From: a bacterium
GTDB lineage: Bacteria; UBA8248
Assembly (NCBI GenBank): GCA_965199855.1
Contig: OZ241326.1
Coordinates: 192,001-256,000, forward strand
DNA length: 64,000 nt
Reading direction: 5' to 3'
The position numbers and the translations under genes are program-made. Positions 1 to 15,281 of this stretch are shown here, piece after piece. The notes under the pieces are model-generated. The model did no database searches and had not been told where the DNA came from. It saw only the letters and a program-made list of their open reading frames with translations. Position 1 is the first letter of the stretch. Each line of letters opens with the position of its first letter.

Positions 1-1
1 C

Positions 2-1390
2 GCGCCAGCGCGCCACGCCGCCGGGCAGGGCGAGCGCCGCGCCCTCCAGCGCGAGGCCGGCGGAGGCGCGCTCCGTCTCGTGATCGAGCCTGAGCCCGAG
101 CGACGTCTCCCGGACGGCCGCCAGATGAACGGGGTCGGTCGAGAGCGGGTTTTCGACGTCGTAGCGCCCCTCCTCGATCGCGCGGCGCGCCCCGCTTCGG
201 CTCACGAAGGTCCCGCCGCGCACGACCTCGTCGTAGCGATACCAGCCCGCGCTCGCGTCGTAGCCCACGCTTCCCCACCGGCCGCGGACGCCTATCGCCG
301 CGTCGGCCTCCTCCAGATCCGTAATCCAGTTCCGGCTGCCGTGGCCGACGAAGCGGTGGTGAACCGTAACGCTCTCCAGGTCCCCGCCCGCCAGGTCGGA
401 ATGCCGCGCCAGCAGGCTCTCCCGCAGCGCCTCGGGGGGGGCGAACGAGACGGAGTCGAACGCGGGCGAGAAGCGCTCCCCCGTCTCGCGCCGCGCGGCG
501 CGCGCCTCGAGCCACAGGCTCGCGCCCGCGCCGATCGGATGCTCCGCGCTCAGGAACAGCCCCTCGCGCTCCATGCGCTCCCAGCGCCAGTCGATCTCCG
601 AGTAGGCGAAGCCGCAGCCCTCGCCCGGAATCCCCAGGGGGTCGCGCAGCCCCGGGACGTAGGCGCCGCCCTCGCACGCCCCCAGCGGACGCGCGAGAGC
701 GCCGCCGCCGCGCCGCAGCACGAGGGTGTTGCCCCGCGTCGAGACCCCCCGCGCCTCGGCGAAGGCACCGCCCGGCGTCCACGAGGCGCGGCTGTAATCG
801 CGGTCGGCGTCCCTTATCTCCTCGCGGCGGAACACGTCCAGGCCGATCATCGCGCGCCCGCGCCCGAGCGCGCCGCCCCACAGCAGGCTCCCGCTCCCGT
901 AGTCGCCGCCCCGCGCTTCCGGCAGCGCCGCGCTCCCCCGCGCCTCGAAGCCCTCGAAGCCGCGGCGCAGCACGAGGTTGATCGCCCCGCCCGCGCCGCG
1001 CCCGCCGCGCAGGGCGGCGGCGGAGCCTGACAGCGCCTCGACGCGCTCGACGGCGGAGAGGGGGAAGGAATCCAGATCGAAGGTCGCGTCGGGGACGCGG
1101 CGCCCGTTGACGAGAATCACGGCGCGCCCGCGCCCGAGGACGAGCGGCCGCCCCAGGCCGAAGGCGTTGAACCTGAGGCCCCTGCGGCTCTCCAGCAGGT
1201 CGCGCAGGTTCCTGAAGCCCGACAGCTCGATTTCCTCGCGCGTGACGACGGAGTGGGGGCGAATCGCGTCCGAGAACCCGGAAGGGGCGCGGCCGCCGGC
1301 GTCCTTCTCCCCGGCCGGAGCCGCCGCCGGAAGCCCCGCCAGGAGAAGGGCGAGAAGCGCCGCGCGGGCGCGGCCTGCGGCGTGCGTCAT
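2..1390 (-). CDS. TonB-dependent receptor (3' end runs off the window start)
   Basis: Not in the ORF track because there is no stop inside the window. Manual translation from ATG at 1390 (GAGGA upstream) gives signal peptide MTHAAGRARAALLALLLAGLPAAAPA, then plug-domain motifs VVTREEIELSG, VILVNGRR, PLSAVERVEALSGSAAALRG and GGAINLVLR. Confidence 0.8.
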   Translation of the reverse strand, partial: MTHAAGRARAALLALLLAGLPAAAPAGEKDAGGRAPSGFSDAIRPHSVVTREEIELSGFRNLRDLLESRRGLRFNAFGLGRPLVLGRGRAVILVNGRRVPDATFDLDSFPLSAVERVEALSGSAAALRGGRGAGGAINLVLRRGFEGFEARGSAALPEARGGDYGSGSLLWGGALGRGRAMIGLDVFRREEIRDADRDYSRASWTPGGAFAEARGVSTRGNTLVLRRGGGALARPLGACEGGAYVPGLRDPLGIPGEGCGFAYSEIDWRWERMEREGLFLSAEHPIGAGASLWLEARAARRETGERFSPAFDSVSFAPPEALRESLLARHSDLAGGDLESVTVHHRFVGHGSRNWITDLEEADAAIGVRGRWGSVGYDASAGWYRYDEVVRGGTFVSRSGARRAIEEGRYDVENPLSTDPVHLAAVRETSLGLRLDHETERASAGLALEGAALALPGGVARWR

Positions 1391-1499
1391 GGGAGTCCTC
1401 CCGCGCGTTCGGGACGGGGGGCGAGCGGCGATTCTAAATCCTCCCCGCTTCGGGAGCAACGCGGGGGCGACCTTGACCCGCCGCCGCGCCGGACTCAGG

Positions 1500-2350
1500 C
1501 GCGATACGCGAAACGAATTCGACCCATACGACCAGCCGGAGAACCGCGTCACCCACGCGCTGATGAGCGCGCTCCACGAGGACGGGAAGCTCCTGAAAGT
1601 CTTCCTGAAGGAGCTCGCGCGCGAGGCGCCGCCCGGGGGAGGGGCGCGCTCGAAATCTCCGCGCAGCGCTATCCGGAAGGCCGGGAGATCGACGGGCCGG
1701 ATGAGGCCGAAGCCGGGAGGCGGAGGATTCCCGACGCCTGGATCACGCGGGGCGCGGCGTGGTGACGAATGGGCGGGCCGCGCCGCCGACTACCTGGAAG
1801 TGATCGAGGCGCGCATGATCGAGGAGGGAAAACTGTTGACGGGATCGCTCACGGCTTTCAACGGCTTCCGCTTCGGAGAGAACCCTTACACCTACCCGGA
1901 GGCCAAGCGCGTTCTGCGCCTCGCTATGGACGAACTGCGAAAGCGCGAGGACCTGCGCGAGGCGTTGCGCGTCGATCCGGATCGTCGGGGCCGGCCGGCG
2001 ATCACGGGGAGCAAGGGCGGCGTATGGGATTTTCTCCTCTTCAATTCCCACCCCGAAGGAAAAAGCCACAACGCGCGTCCGCACCTGAACCTCAACATCA
2101 GCGCGGATGGCGGCGTGGGGGCGCCGGCGATACTGCCCCACGCGGCGGGATCGAAATGGACGCTACTCAAGAATCCCAGCAGGGATGACTTCTCGAGCGT
2201 GGTGGAGGAGGTTCTGAAAAAGATGCGTCCCCTTTTGAAGGAATGCCCCGGCGCGAAGCCGCATCCGGGCATCTGCCAGCGGCATCCGAAGGGCAGTATA
2301 AGCCCGTTGATCACGGACGCGGAAATCCGCCTTGACCTCCGCGCGAGGCG
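1500..2350 (+). pseudogene. Degraded hypothetical gene, possibly nuclease-related
   Basis: Protein-like segments lie in different frames: RNEFDPYDQPENRVTHALMSALHED, then a frame change near the G-run at ~1635 to LEISAQRYP...IPDAWIT ending at TGA 1763-1765, then back to DEWAGRAADYLEVIE...YTYPEAKRVLRLAMDEL. No clean start codon; boundaries approximate. Confidence 0.55.
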
Positions 2351-2544
2351 AGGCGATCGCCAGGCCCGACGCGCTCGACCGCGTGGCCGCCTGGCGCGCC
2401 TGCAGGCCGTTTATCCAGAAGCTGGGGGCGTGAAGCCGGGCGCGGCGGGTGACGGCATATTTGACGCGCGCCGGGAGCGTCACGCCTTCGGAATCATCGG
2501 CGCGAACGGCGCGATCACCGCCTTCCTCGTCAGCCGACAGCGCG

Positions 2545-3045
2545 TCACTCCGAGAAATACCGCGCCATCCAGGCCTCGACCTCGAAGCGCCAGAACTGGA
2601 GGCTCTCCTCGCGGAAGCCGCTCTCGAACAGGGGCGCGCGCCCGCCCGCCCGCGTCACCCGGAAGCCCCAGCGCAGGAAATGGGCGGCGTCTCCCGCCGG
2701 GTCGTCCTCGATGCGGAGGCCGCTCGCGTCCCCCACGTCGTATTCCAGGCGGACGAGGTAGGCGGGCTTTTCGGTCGGGCGTCCTCCCGCGTCCGGCCGG
2801 ACGCAGCGAAACCGCGTCTCCCCGAGCCCCGCGCACGCGGCCGCGCGCACCCGGGCGGGCTCCAGGACGGCCGCGGCGGCGTGGGAGCGCGAGGGGACGC
2901 GCTCGGCGCGAACCGCCACGAGGAGGCGTCCGGCGGGCGGGGCGCCGGAGCGCGCGATTCTCTGAAAGGGGGAGTCGGCGAGGGGAAGGCCCGCGCAGCC
3001 GGCGAGCAGGAGCGAAACCGACAGGCGAAGCGCGGGGCGCGCCAT
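2545..3045 (-). CDS. Putative lipoprotein
   Basis: N-terminus MARPALRLSVSLLLAGC carries a lipobox (LAGC); co-oriented directly downstream of the DUF309 gene. Confidence 0.6.
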   Translation of the reverse strand: MARPALRLSVSLLLAGCAGLPLADSPFQRIARSGAPPAGRLLVAVRAERVPSRSHAAAAVLEPARVRAAACAGLGETRFRCVRPDAGGRPTEKPAYLVRLEYDVGDASGLRIEDDPAGDAAHFLRWGFRVTRAGGRAPLFESGFREESLQFWRFEVEAWMARYFSE

Positions 3046-3048
3046 CCC

Positions 3049-3486
3049 TCACCCCCGAAGCGGCGGCGCGGGCGGAGGCGCCCCGGGGCGGGGACTTCCG
3101 GCGGCGTATTCGATTCTCGGCCACAAGTCCCACGCGCGGGCGCGCACGCGCTCCTCGCCCTGATCCAGCAGGCTCACGCGCACGCCGCGCGACTGGTTGA
3201 CGAGCCTCTTGTAGAGAATCGGCGCGTCGAGGTCGCCCACGGCCTCGTCCGCCTCCCGGAAGCGCTCGAGCCCCTTCTTGAGGTTGGCGAGCGCGCCCCG
3301 GTAGTGGCGCTGCTGGAGCTTCACGTAGCCCGCGGCGAGCTGGATGAGGCCCTGGTAGAATTTTCTGGGGATCGGCTCCGAGGCGAGCCAGACGCCCTCC
3401 CACGCCTCGTGGGCGCACCAGTATTCCCCCTGGTTGAACAGGAAAACGCCCGCGTCGCTGCGCGCGTCCCAGGGGATGGGGAACAT
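3049..3486 (-). CDS. DUF309 domain protein
   Basis: GVFLFNQGEYWCAHEAWEGVW...FYQGLIQLAAG is the DUF309 signature; start trimmed to ATG at 3486. Confidence 0.85.
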   Translation of the reverse strand: MFPIPWDARSDAGVFLFNQGEYWCAHEAWEGVWLASEPIPRKFYQGLIQLAAGYVKLQQRHYRGALANLKKGLERFREADEAVGDLDAPILYKRLVNQSRGVRVSLLDQGEERVRARAWDLWPRIEYAAGSPRPGAPPPAPPLRG

Positions 3487-3606
3487 CTTGATCCCTCCGC
3501 GAAAGGAAAAGCCTCGCCCGCGCGGGAATGATAGCAACTCGCGGGGCGCGGAGCGACGGCGGCCGGGGAGGAGGCGCGGGGGGAGCGTCCCGACCTCCCG
3601 GGACGA

Positions 3607-3650
3607 GAAAAGCCCCGCCGGGGAGGGGCGCTCCTCCGACGGGGCTTTTC
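3607..3650 (-). terminator. Intrinsic terminator of the rRNA operon
   Basis: GAAAAGCCCCG...CGGGGCTTTTC inverted repeat with A/T tails, immediately downstream of 5S. Confidence 0.75.
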
Positions 3651-3657
3651 GATCAGA

Positions 3658-3773
3658 TTCCGGCGGCGACCCACTCTCCCACGGAAAGAACCGCAGTACC
3701 ATAGGCGCTGGCGGGCTTAACTGCCGTGTTCGGGATGGGAACGGGTGTGGCCCCGCCGCCATGGCCACCGGAA
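3658..3773 (-). rRNA. rrf: 5S rRNA
   Basis: Conserved CCCGTTCCCATCCCGAACACGG and GATGGTACTGC-like motifs on the minus strand; about 116 nt; ends approximate. Confidence 0.95.
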
Positions 3774-3872
3774 GCGCTTCCAAAACCCGACAACCGAACC
3801 GCGCGAACGGGAATCATCAGGCTCCCGGCGAAGCCTCGGCCGGGAATCCATCCGTATCGGAAAAATCCGGTC

Positions 3873-6867
<2,995 letters not shown>

Positions 6868-7022
6868 GAACTTGAGATTTCGATTCCTCAGCCATGCTGA
6901 GAGCCTCGATGATTCTGCCAATTCGCGCGATTCGGTTGTCAAAGACCAAAAGGCGGAAGAAACTCCCGCCCGAAACTGCCGAAGAATTCAGGTTCGCCGC
7001 CCGCGGCCGGGACGCAACCGGA

Positions 7023-7098
7023 TGGTGGAGATGAGCGGGCTCGAACCGCCGACCTCCTGGTTGCAAACCAGGCGCTCTCCCGACTGAGCTACATCCCC
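7023..7098 (-). tRNA. tRNA-Ala (TGC)
   Basis: 76-nt cloverleaf GGGGATGTAGCTCAG...TTGCAA...TTCGAGCC...CCACCA in the 16S-23S spacer. Confidence 0.97.
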
Positions 7099-7187
7099 AT
7101 TCCGCCCTTCGGGGACGGCTCGGCGAGAGGCGGGGCCCGAAAGCCCCGCTCGACGATTCGTCCGCGCCGCCCGCATCCGCATGAGGA

Positions 7188-7264
7188 TGGTGGGCCTACC
7201 TGGATTTGAACCAGGGACCTCGCGCTTATCAGGCGCGCGCTCTGACCGACTGAGCTATAGGCCC
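7188..7264 (-). tRNA. tRNA-Ile (GAT)
   Basis: 77-nt cloverleaf GGGCCTATAGCTCAG...CTGATAA...TTCAAATCC...CCCACCA in the spacer. Confidence 0.97.
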
Positions 7265-7585
7265 GCGACCTCGCCCGCGCGCGCTCCGAAAAACTCCGGG
7301 CTTCCGCGCCGGGACTCACCCAGGCGTCCCGCCGAATCCATGCCGCCGGACCCGGAACGGCCCGCATATCCGCTGCGGCGTCGATTATCAAGAACAGGAT
7401 ATGGACGGCCCGAGACGGGCCATTGACCTCGAAGCGCCGGCTCGCCCCGCAATCATCCGGCTCCCGCGCCCGAAGGCGCGGGGCGGCGGCGCGCGATCCT
7501 CAGGCGGGCGGGCGTCCCGCTTCCCCGGACGGGAAAGCCGCCGCCCGCTCCCCTCCCGCGCTTTCTGGGGGCGAACCTCGCCGCG

Positions 7586-9143
<1,558 letters not shown>

Positions 9144-9267
9144 TTGATATTTCTCGCCCGGAGGGCGCAACGACTCGGCCGGTTTCCCGGCCGGGCTTCC
9201 CGTCCCCCCGGATTCAATCGGGAATCGGACAACAGAGCCCGTTCAGGTCCGTCGCATATCCTGTTCT

Positions 9268-9281
9268 TTTGTCAAAGAGCA
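9268..9281 (-). promoter_or_regulatory. rrn boxA antitermination element (second copy at ~6936-6948 before 23S)
   Basis: TGCTCTTTGACAA in the leader and GGTCTTTGACAAC in the spacer both resemble boxA TGCTCTTTAACA. Confidence 0.65.
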
Positions 9282-9311
9282 ATTCTTCTCGAAGCAAGAA
9301 GGAATAACCAG

Positions 9312-9339
9312 ACTATCAACGCGCGATCCCTCATGTCAA
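9312..9339 (-). promoter_or_regulatory. sigma70-type rrn promoter
   Basis: Perfect TTGACA (9339-9334), 16-nt spacer, GATAGT (9317-9312), upstream of boxA and 16S. Confidence 0.6.
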
Positions 9340-9416
9340 GCGCAAACTGCGCGAAAAAACCCCCAAAAAGCCGACAAAACGAAGAAAAGAGGCGGCGAGG
9401 CGTTCGCCGCGCGTCG

Positions 9417-9481
9417 TTCCCGGCGTCAATCCCGACAAGGCGGGGGGACTGCGGAATCCGATGAAAGGCGAAACATCCTTC
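9417..9481. repeat. Dispersed intergenic repeat (short copy; longer copy at 35066-35174)
   Basis: TTCCCGGCGTCAATCCCG..CAAGGCGG.GGGA.TGCGGAATCCG and ATGAAAGGCGAAA..TCCTTC are shared between the two loci. Confidence 0.75.
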
Positions 9482-9545
9482 CTCGCGGGGGCTTGCTCTC
9501 CCCGCCGATGGGGCGAACCCAAGAGGAGAGGCGCGCGAAAATCTT

Positions 9546-11300
9546 CTAGGCGACGCCTTCCCGCTCCACGAGCGCGGCCGTCGTGGGCGCTTCTCCGGGC
9601 GGGGGCGCGGCGGCCTCCTCGCCTGCGACCTCGCGGCGCCTCGGCGTCACCCGGCCGTCCTCGAGCGAGAGGACGAGATTGCAGCGCCACCCCTCGCGCA
9701 TTTCGGGATGATCCGCGCGAAAGTGCCCGCCCCGGCTCTCCTCGCGCGCCAGGGCGGCGACGGCGAGCATCCGCGCCACGCCGATGAGGTTGCGGGTCTC
9801 CTGAATCCGCCTCATGCAGTCGAAGCGCTTTCGGGGGGAATCGCCGGCCACGGCGGCCCCCTCGCTCTCCGCCTCCAGCGCATCCAGCCGGACGAGGGCC
9901 TCCTCGAGCCTCGCCCCCTCTCGTATCTGCCCGATTCCCTCCACGCCCACGCGCTGAACCTCCAGGCGCAGGCTCCTCTCGTCCGGCCCGCTCTCGTTCG
10001 CCTCGCGCTCGCGCAGCCGCTCCACCCCCTCGCGCCAGCCTCCGCCCCCGGGGTCGGGCCTCTCCCGCCTCGCCCCCTCGCAGGCCGCGCCTATTCCCGC
10101 ACGCAGCCCGAAGACGTAGCTGTCCGCCAGCGCCGCCCCGCCCGTGCGGTTCGCTCCGTGGACGCCGCCCGCCGCCTCGCCTCCCGCGTAGAGGCCCGGC
10201 AGGCTCGCACGCCCCCACTCGTCGATGCGGACGCCGCCCAGGTAGGTGTGCGGGCCGCTCGCCACCTCGATGGGAGACTTCGCCATATCGACGCCCTGGT
10301 TCCTGAAGACGCGGATGATGTCCGCCGTGGCGCCGTCGCTCACCTCCTCGATCACGCGGCGCGCGTCGAGATAGACGCCGTGGTTCTCCGTGCCGCGCCC
10401 CTCGAAAATCTCCATCCCCACCCCCCGGTTCACCACGGCGCGCGTGGCGCGCTCGGCCCTTTCGGGGTCGTATCGCCGCATGAAGCGCTCGCCGTCCCTG
10501 TTGTAGAGACGGGCGCCCGCGTTGATGAAGCCGCTCGTGTGCGGGGGATAGCCCCTGATCTTCCGGGGCGCCGCCGCCAGCAGCTGATAGTCGATGAACT
10601 CCATGTCGATGAGCTCCGCCCCCGCCCTGAGCGCCATGGCGTAGCCGTCGCCCGATATGTAGGGCGGCGAGTCGTTCACCTCGTGCAGCTGGGGGGCGCC
10701 GCCCGTGGCCATGACGGTCGAGCGCGCGTGGACGACGAGGGGGACGCCCTCCCGATACAGAAACCCCCACGCGCCGACGACGCGCCCGCCCTCCTTCATC
10801 AGGTCCGTGAAGACGGCGTGCTGAATCGTCTCGACGCCCCACTCCCGCATCTTCCCCGCCAGCGCCCGCATGAGGGGCTTGCCCATCAGCTTCCCGCAGT
10901 GGAGAAGGCGCGGAAAGCGGTGCGAGGCGCTCTTCTTCTGGTGGTATCTGCCGTCCTCCAGCCGCACGAGGCCCAGGCCCCAGCCGTCGAGCTCGATGGT
11001 TCTCTGAATCGCCTCCTCGCTCATGATCCGCATCAGCCGGCGGTTGCACACCCCGTAGCTCGCCTCGACGGAATCCTCATAGAGAAACTCCGGCCTGTCC
11101 GAGGGCTCCGCGTGGCCCATCGCCGCCGTGTAGCCGCCGCGCGCCATGGAGGAGCTGCCGGAGGGAAAGGTGGCCTTCGTGACGAGGAGGGGCATCACGC
11201 CCGAGCGGACGCAGCCCGCCGCCGCCATCATGCCGGCGACGCCGCCGCCGATGATGAGCGCGTCCGTCTCGATTTTTCGGACTTCGGAAAATGGACTCAA
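9546..11300 (-). CDS. FAD-dependent oxidoreductase, succinate dehydrogenase/fumarate reductase/NadB flavoprotein family
   Basis: IIGGGVAG dinucleotide fold, MATGG, GLYAGGEAAGGVHGANR, REESRGGHFRADHP. Confidence 0.85.
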   Translation of the reverse strand: MSPFSEVRKIETDALIIGGGVAGMMAAAGCVRSGVMPLLVTKATFPSGSSSMARGGYTAAMGHAEPSDRPEFLYEDSVEASYGVCNRRLMRIMSEEAIQRTIELDGWGLGLVRLEDGRYHQKKSASHRFPRLLHCGKLMGKPLMRALAGKMREWGVETIQHAVFTDLMKEGGRVVGAWGFLYREGVPLVVHARSTVMATGGAPQLHEVNDSPPYISGDGYAMALRAGAELIDMEFIDYQLLAAAPRKIRGYPPHTSGFINAGARLYNRDGERFMRRYDPERAERATRAVVNRGVGMEIFEGRGTENHGVYLDARRVIEEVSDGATADIIRVFRNQGVDMAKSPIEVASGPHTYLGGVRIDEWGRASLPGLYAGGEAAGGVHGANRTGGAALADSYVFGLRAGIGAACEGARRERPDPGGGGWREGVERLREREANESGPDERSLRLEVQRVGVEGIGQIREGARLEEALVRLDALEAESEGAAVAGDSPRKRFDCMRRIQETRNLIGVARMLAVAALAREESRGGHFRADHPEMREGWRCNLVLSLEDGRVTPRRREVAGEEAAAPPPGEAPTTAALVEREGVA

Positions 11301-11384
11301 AACCCCGCCTCCGCTCGCGCCGCCAGGCGCGGGGCGCGCCCCGAACCCCCGGCCGGAAGGCGGCGGGGAGCGCCGAACCTTCCC

Positions 11385-12185
11385 CTAGCGCTGCTTCGCC
11401 AGAAACGCGGAGACGAGGCCCGTCACCCGCTCGGTGTCCTCGATCGCCATGAGGTGCCCCACGCCCGGAACCACCATCCTCTCCGCCCCCTCGATCTTCG
11501 AGGCCAGCTCCTCCGCGCAGGCGTGGAACCCCGACAGGTCCTTCTCGCCCACCAGAAGGAGCGCGGGCGCCGCGATCCTGGAGGCCGCGCCGGCGAGCGA
11601 GGCGTCCTGCGGCGGGTTCTGGTCGAGCCAGTGCGCGCCCGTGTAGGTGAGCAGCATCTCCTCCGCCCAGTCGGCGGCGTCCTCGTTCTCCGCCAAGGGG
11701 GCGAAAATGGGGAGCTCCGACCAGTAGTCCTTCGCCGCCCGCAGCCCCTCGGCGCGCAGGGTGGCCATGGCCTGGAGCCTCTGGTCGGCGAAATCGGGCA
11801 TGAAGCGGGGAAAGTCGTAGCCCGCTCCCATCGCGATGATCGAGGCCGTCTTCTCCGGATGCGCCGCGGCGAAGGCGAGCGCGACGCCGGCGCCGCGGCT
11901 CAGCCCCACGAGATGGGCTCTCGCTATCCTGACGTGCTCGAGCAGGGCGGCCAGGTCGGCCACCTCGATGTCGCGCCCGTAGCCCGTCGGGGGCTTCTCC
12001 GAGCGGCCGTGCCCCCGCAGGTCGTAGGTCACGACCCGATACTCGCCCCGAAGCGCGAGCTTCTGGCGATCCCACATCGAGCGGTTCAGCCCGTGCGCGT
12101 GCAGGAACACGATGGGGGGGCGCGGGGTCTTCAGCCCGTTGTCGTCATAGGAAATCTGGACTCCGTTGCATACCGCTTGCGCCAC
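11385..12185 (-). CDS. Alpha/beta hydrolase
   Basis: YDLRGHGRS, nucleophile motif GLSRG, C-terminal GVGHL; start trimmed to GTG at 12185. Confidence 0.85.
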   Translation of the reverse strand: MAQAVCNGVQISYDDNGLKTPRPPIVFLHAHGLNRSMWDRQKLALRGEYRVVTYDLRGHGRSEKPPTGYGRDIEVADLAALLEHVRIARAHLVGLSRGAGVALAFAAAHPEKTASIIAMGAGYDFPRFMPDFADQRLQAMATLRAEGLRAAKDYWSELPIFAPLAENEDAADWAEEMLLTYTGAHWLDQNPPQDASLAGAASRIAAPALLLVGEKDLSGFHACAEELASKIEGAERMVVPGVGHLMAIEDTERVTGLVSAFLAKQR

Positions 12186-12381
12186 AGGCTCGTCTCCGGC
12201 GGGAGGTTGATCATCCGCGCCCCGCCGCCCGGCTCCTGGGAGCCGTCCCGCGTCGGCGGCCGGGGCCGGGTTGGAAGAGGGAATACATACAACGATTCGC
12301 GGCGATTCGCAAAGCCCGCGCGCCTCTCCCCTCTCCCGGGAGGCCGCCAGACGCATCAAGTCGCATTTCGGGATGGGGTGA

Positions 12382-12410
12382 TTGCAAAAAAAAACAGAAG
12401 CGCGTATTCT
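12382..12410 (+). promoter_or_regulatory. sigma70-like promoter of the Mrr-type gene, containing an A9 tract
   Basis: TTGCAA-N17-TATTCT; A run at 12386-12394. Confidence 0.5.
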
Positions 12411-12444
12411 TTCTGGCAGGCATATCTATTCTAGGAGAAGAACA

Positions 12445-13488
12445 ATGGCTCTATGGCTTCTTCGCGGTGGTCCCCAAGGAGAATACGAAACGAAATTTCT
12501 GGATGAAAAACGGGCATTCCTCACTTGGGACGGCTTGAAGGATGATTTGTCACAAATCAGCGACCGAGATTCATTAAGAAATCTGCTTGAGGAAACATAC
12601 CCAGAATGCTCAAAACACCAAATTGGCAACTTTTTGGGTCAAGTCTGGTCATTCGCAAAATCAATGCAAATCGGTGATTTGATAGCGACGCCCCGAAAAG
12701 GGAAATCAATTATCGTATTTGGAAAAATACGCGGGGAATATGAACATCACCCCGAAGCGGAAAATCCCTTCTATCATAGTCGAGAAATCGAATGGTTCGA
12801 CGAAGAGGGGATGCTTCGATCAAAAATTGACCAAGACCTCTTATATTCGCTCGGCGCATTCCAAACAATTTGCCAAATCACCAAGAATGACGCGGAGAGA
12901 CGGATTCGCACAATAGTTTCCGAGCGCCCAGATTCTCACAGCCATTATCAACCAGCGACTCAACAAGAAGAGAGAGCAGCAGACGTTGAGGAAGAACAGG
13001 AATCGGTCGACTTCGCCGCACTCGCCCGCGATCAAATCGCAAAGGAAATCATCAAGAAATTCAAGGGGCATGGGATGACCAGACTGGTAGAGGCCATCTT
13101 GAAGGCTCAAGGCTATACCACCTTCAAAAGTCCAGAAGGACCGGACAAAGGCATTGATATACTAGCCGCGCCGGGACAGCTGGGATTTGCACAACCGAGG
13201 ATTTGCGTTCAAGTAAAATCCTCTGACAGCCCTATTGGTCATCAAACCTTGAATGAGCTGATTGGCGTAATGCAGAATGTCGCTGCCGAGCAAGGGCTTT
13301 TGGTTTCTTGGGGAGGATTTCGTTCATCCGTCGAAAAAGAGACGGCTCAACATTTCTTCAAAGTCCGTCTGTGGGATCAGGACGTAATTCTGGATCAGTT
13401 GTTTTCTTCCTACGAAAAACTGGATGAAAATATCCGCGCGGAACTTCCCTTGAAGAGATTTTGGTCGGTGGCGGAACCACAAGAATAA
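12445..13488 (+). CDS. Mrr-family (type IV-like) restriction endonuclease
   Basis: C-terminal GPDKGIDILA...ICVQVK Mrr catalytic motif; AGGAG RBS; visibly lower GC than its flanks. Confidence 0.85.
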   Translation: MALWLLRGGPQGEYETKFLDEKRAFLTWDGLKDDLSQISDRDSLRNLLEETYPECSKHQIGNFLGQVWSFAKSMQIGDLIATPRKGKSIIVFGKIRGEYEHHPEAENPFYHSREIEWFDEEGMLRSKIDQDLLYSLGAFQTICQITKNDAERRIRTIVSERPDSHSHYQPATQQEERAADVEEEQESVDFAALARDQIAKEIIKKFKGHGMTRLVEAILKAQGYTTFKSPEGPDKGIDILAAPGQLGFAQPRICVQVKSSDSPIGHQTLNELIGVMQNVAAEQGLLVSWGGFRSSVEKETAQHFFKVRLWDQDVILDQLFSSYEKLDENIRAELPLKRFWSVAEPQE

Positions 13489-13649
13489 AATCGCTCTCCT
13501 CGGGCTTTTCAGGGGCTTCTCCCTCTGCGACCACGAATGAAGCGCGCCCGCCGCAGGCGCGGCGGGCGCGCTCAGGTTCCGCTTCGAGGCGATCCAACCA
13601 AGGCGCGGCCTTCCCGTTCCGGGAGGAGCGCCGCGCCGGGCGGCGGCCC

Positions 13650-15056
<1,407 letters not shown>

Positions 15057-15281
15057 TCATCCGCTCCCACTCTGTTGAAATTCGGTTGATGATGCCATCC
15101 GCTCCGGCGGCGCGCGCCGACGCTCTCCGCGCCGGGCGAAGACGCGCCGATCCTTCGCCCTTGGATGGGACTCGCCGTAACGCCGACAACCTATATCCGA
15201 CAACCTATATGAGAACGCCGAGGCGCGCAAGGCGGATTCGGAGATTCGCCGCCGCCCCTATCGACGAAAAGCGAACCGGCG

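Noticed and set aside
1763-1765. TGA after ...RGAAW as a fourth selenocysteine
   Set aside because: The protein-like sequence continues in a different frame and there is no redox motif, so a deletion or frameshift junction explains it better.
9708-12434. Long antisense or alternate-frame ORFs (also 80-1030, 978-3200, 29002-31341, 31752-34316, 53044-55014)
   Set aside because: They are Arg/Ala/Pro-rich shadow frames of real genes, expected at this GC content.
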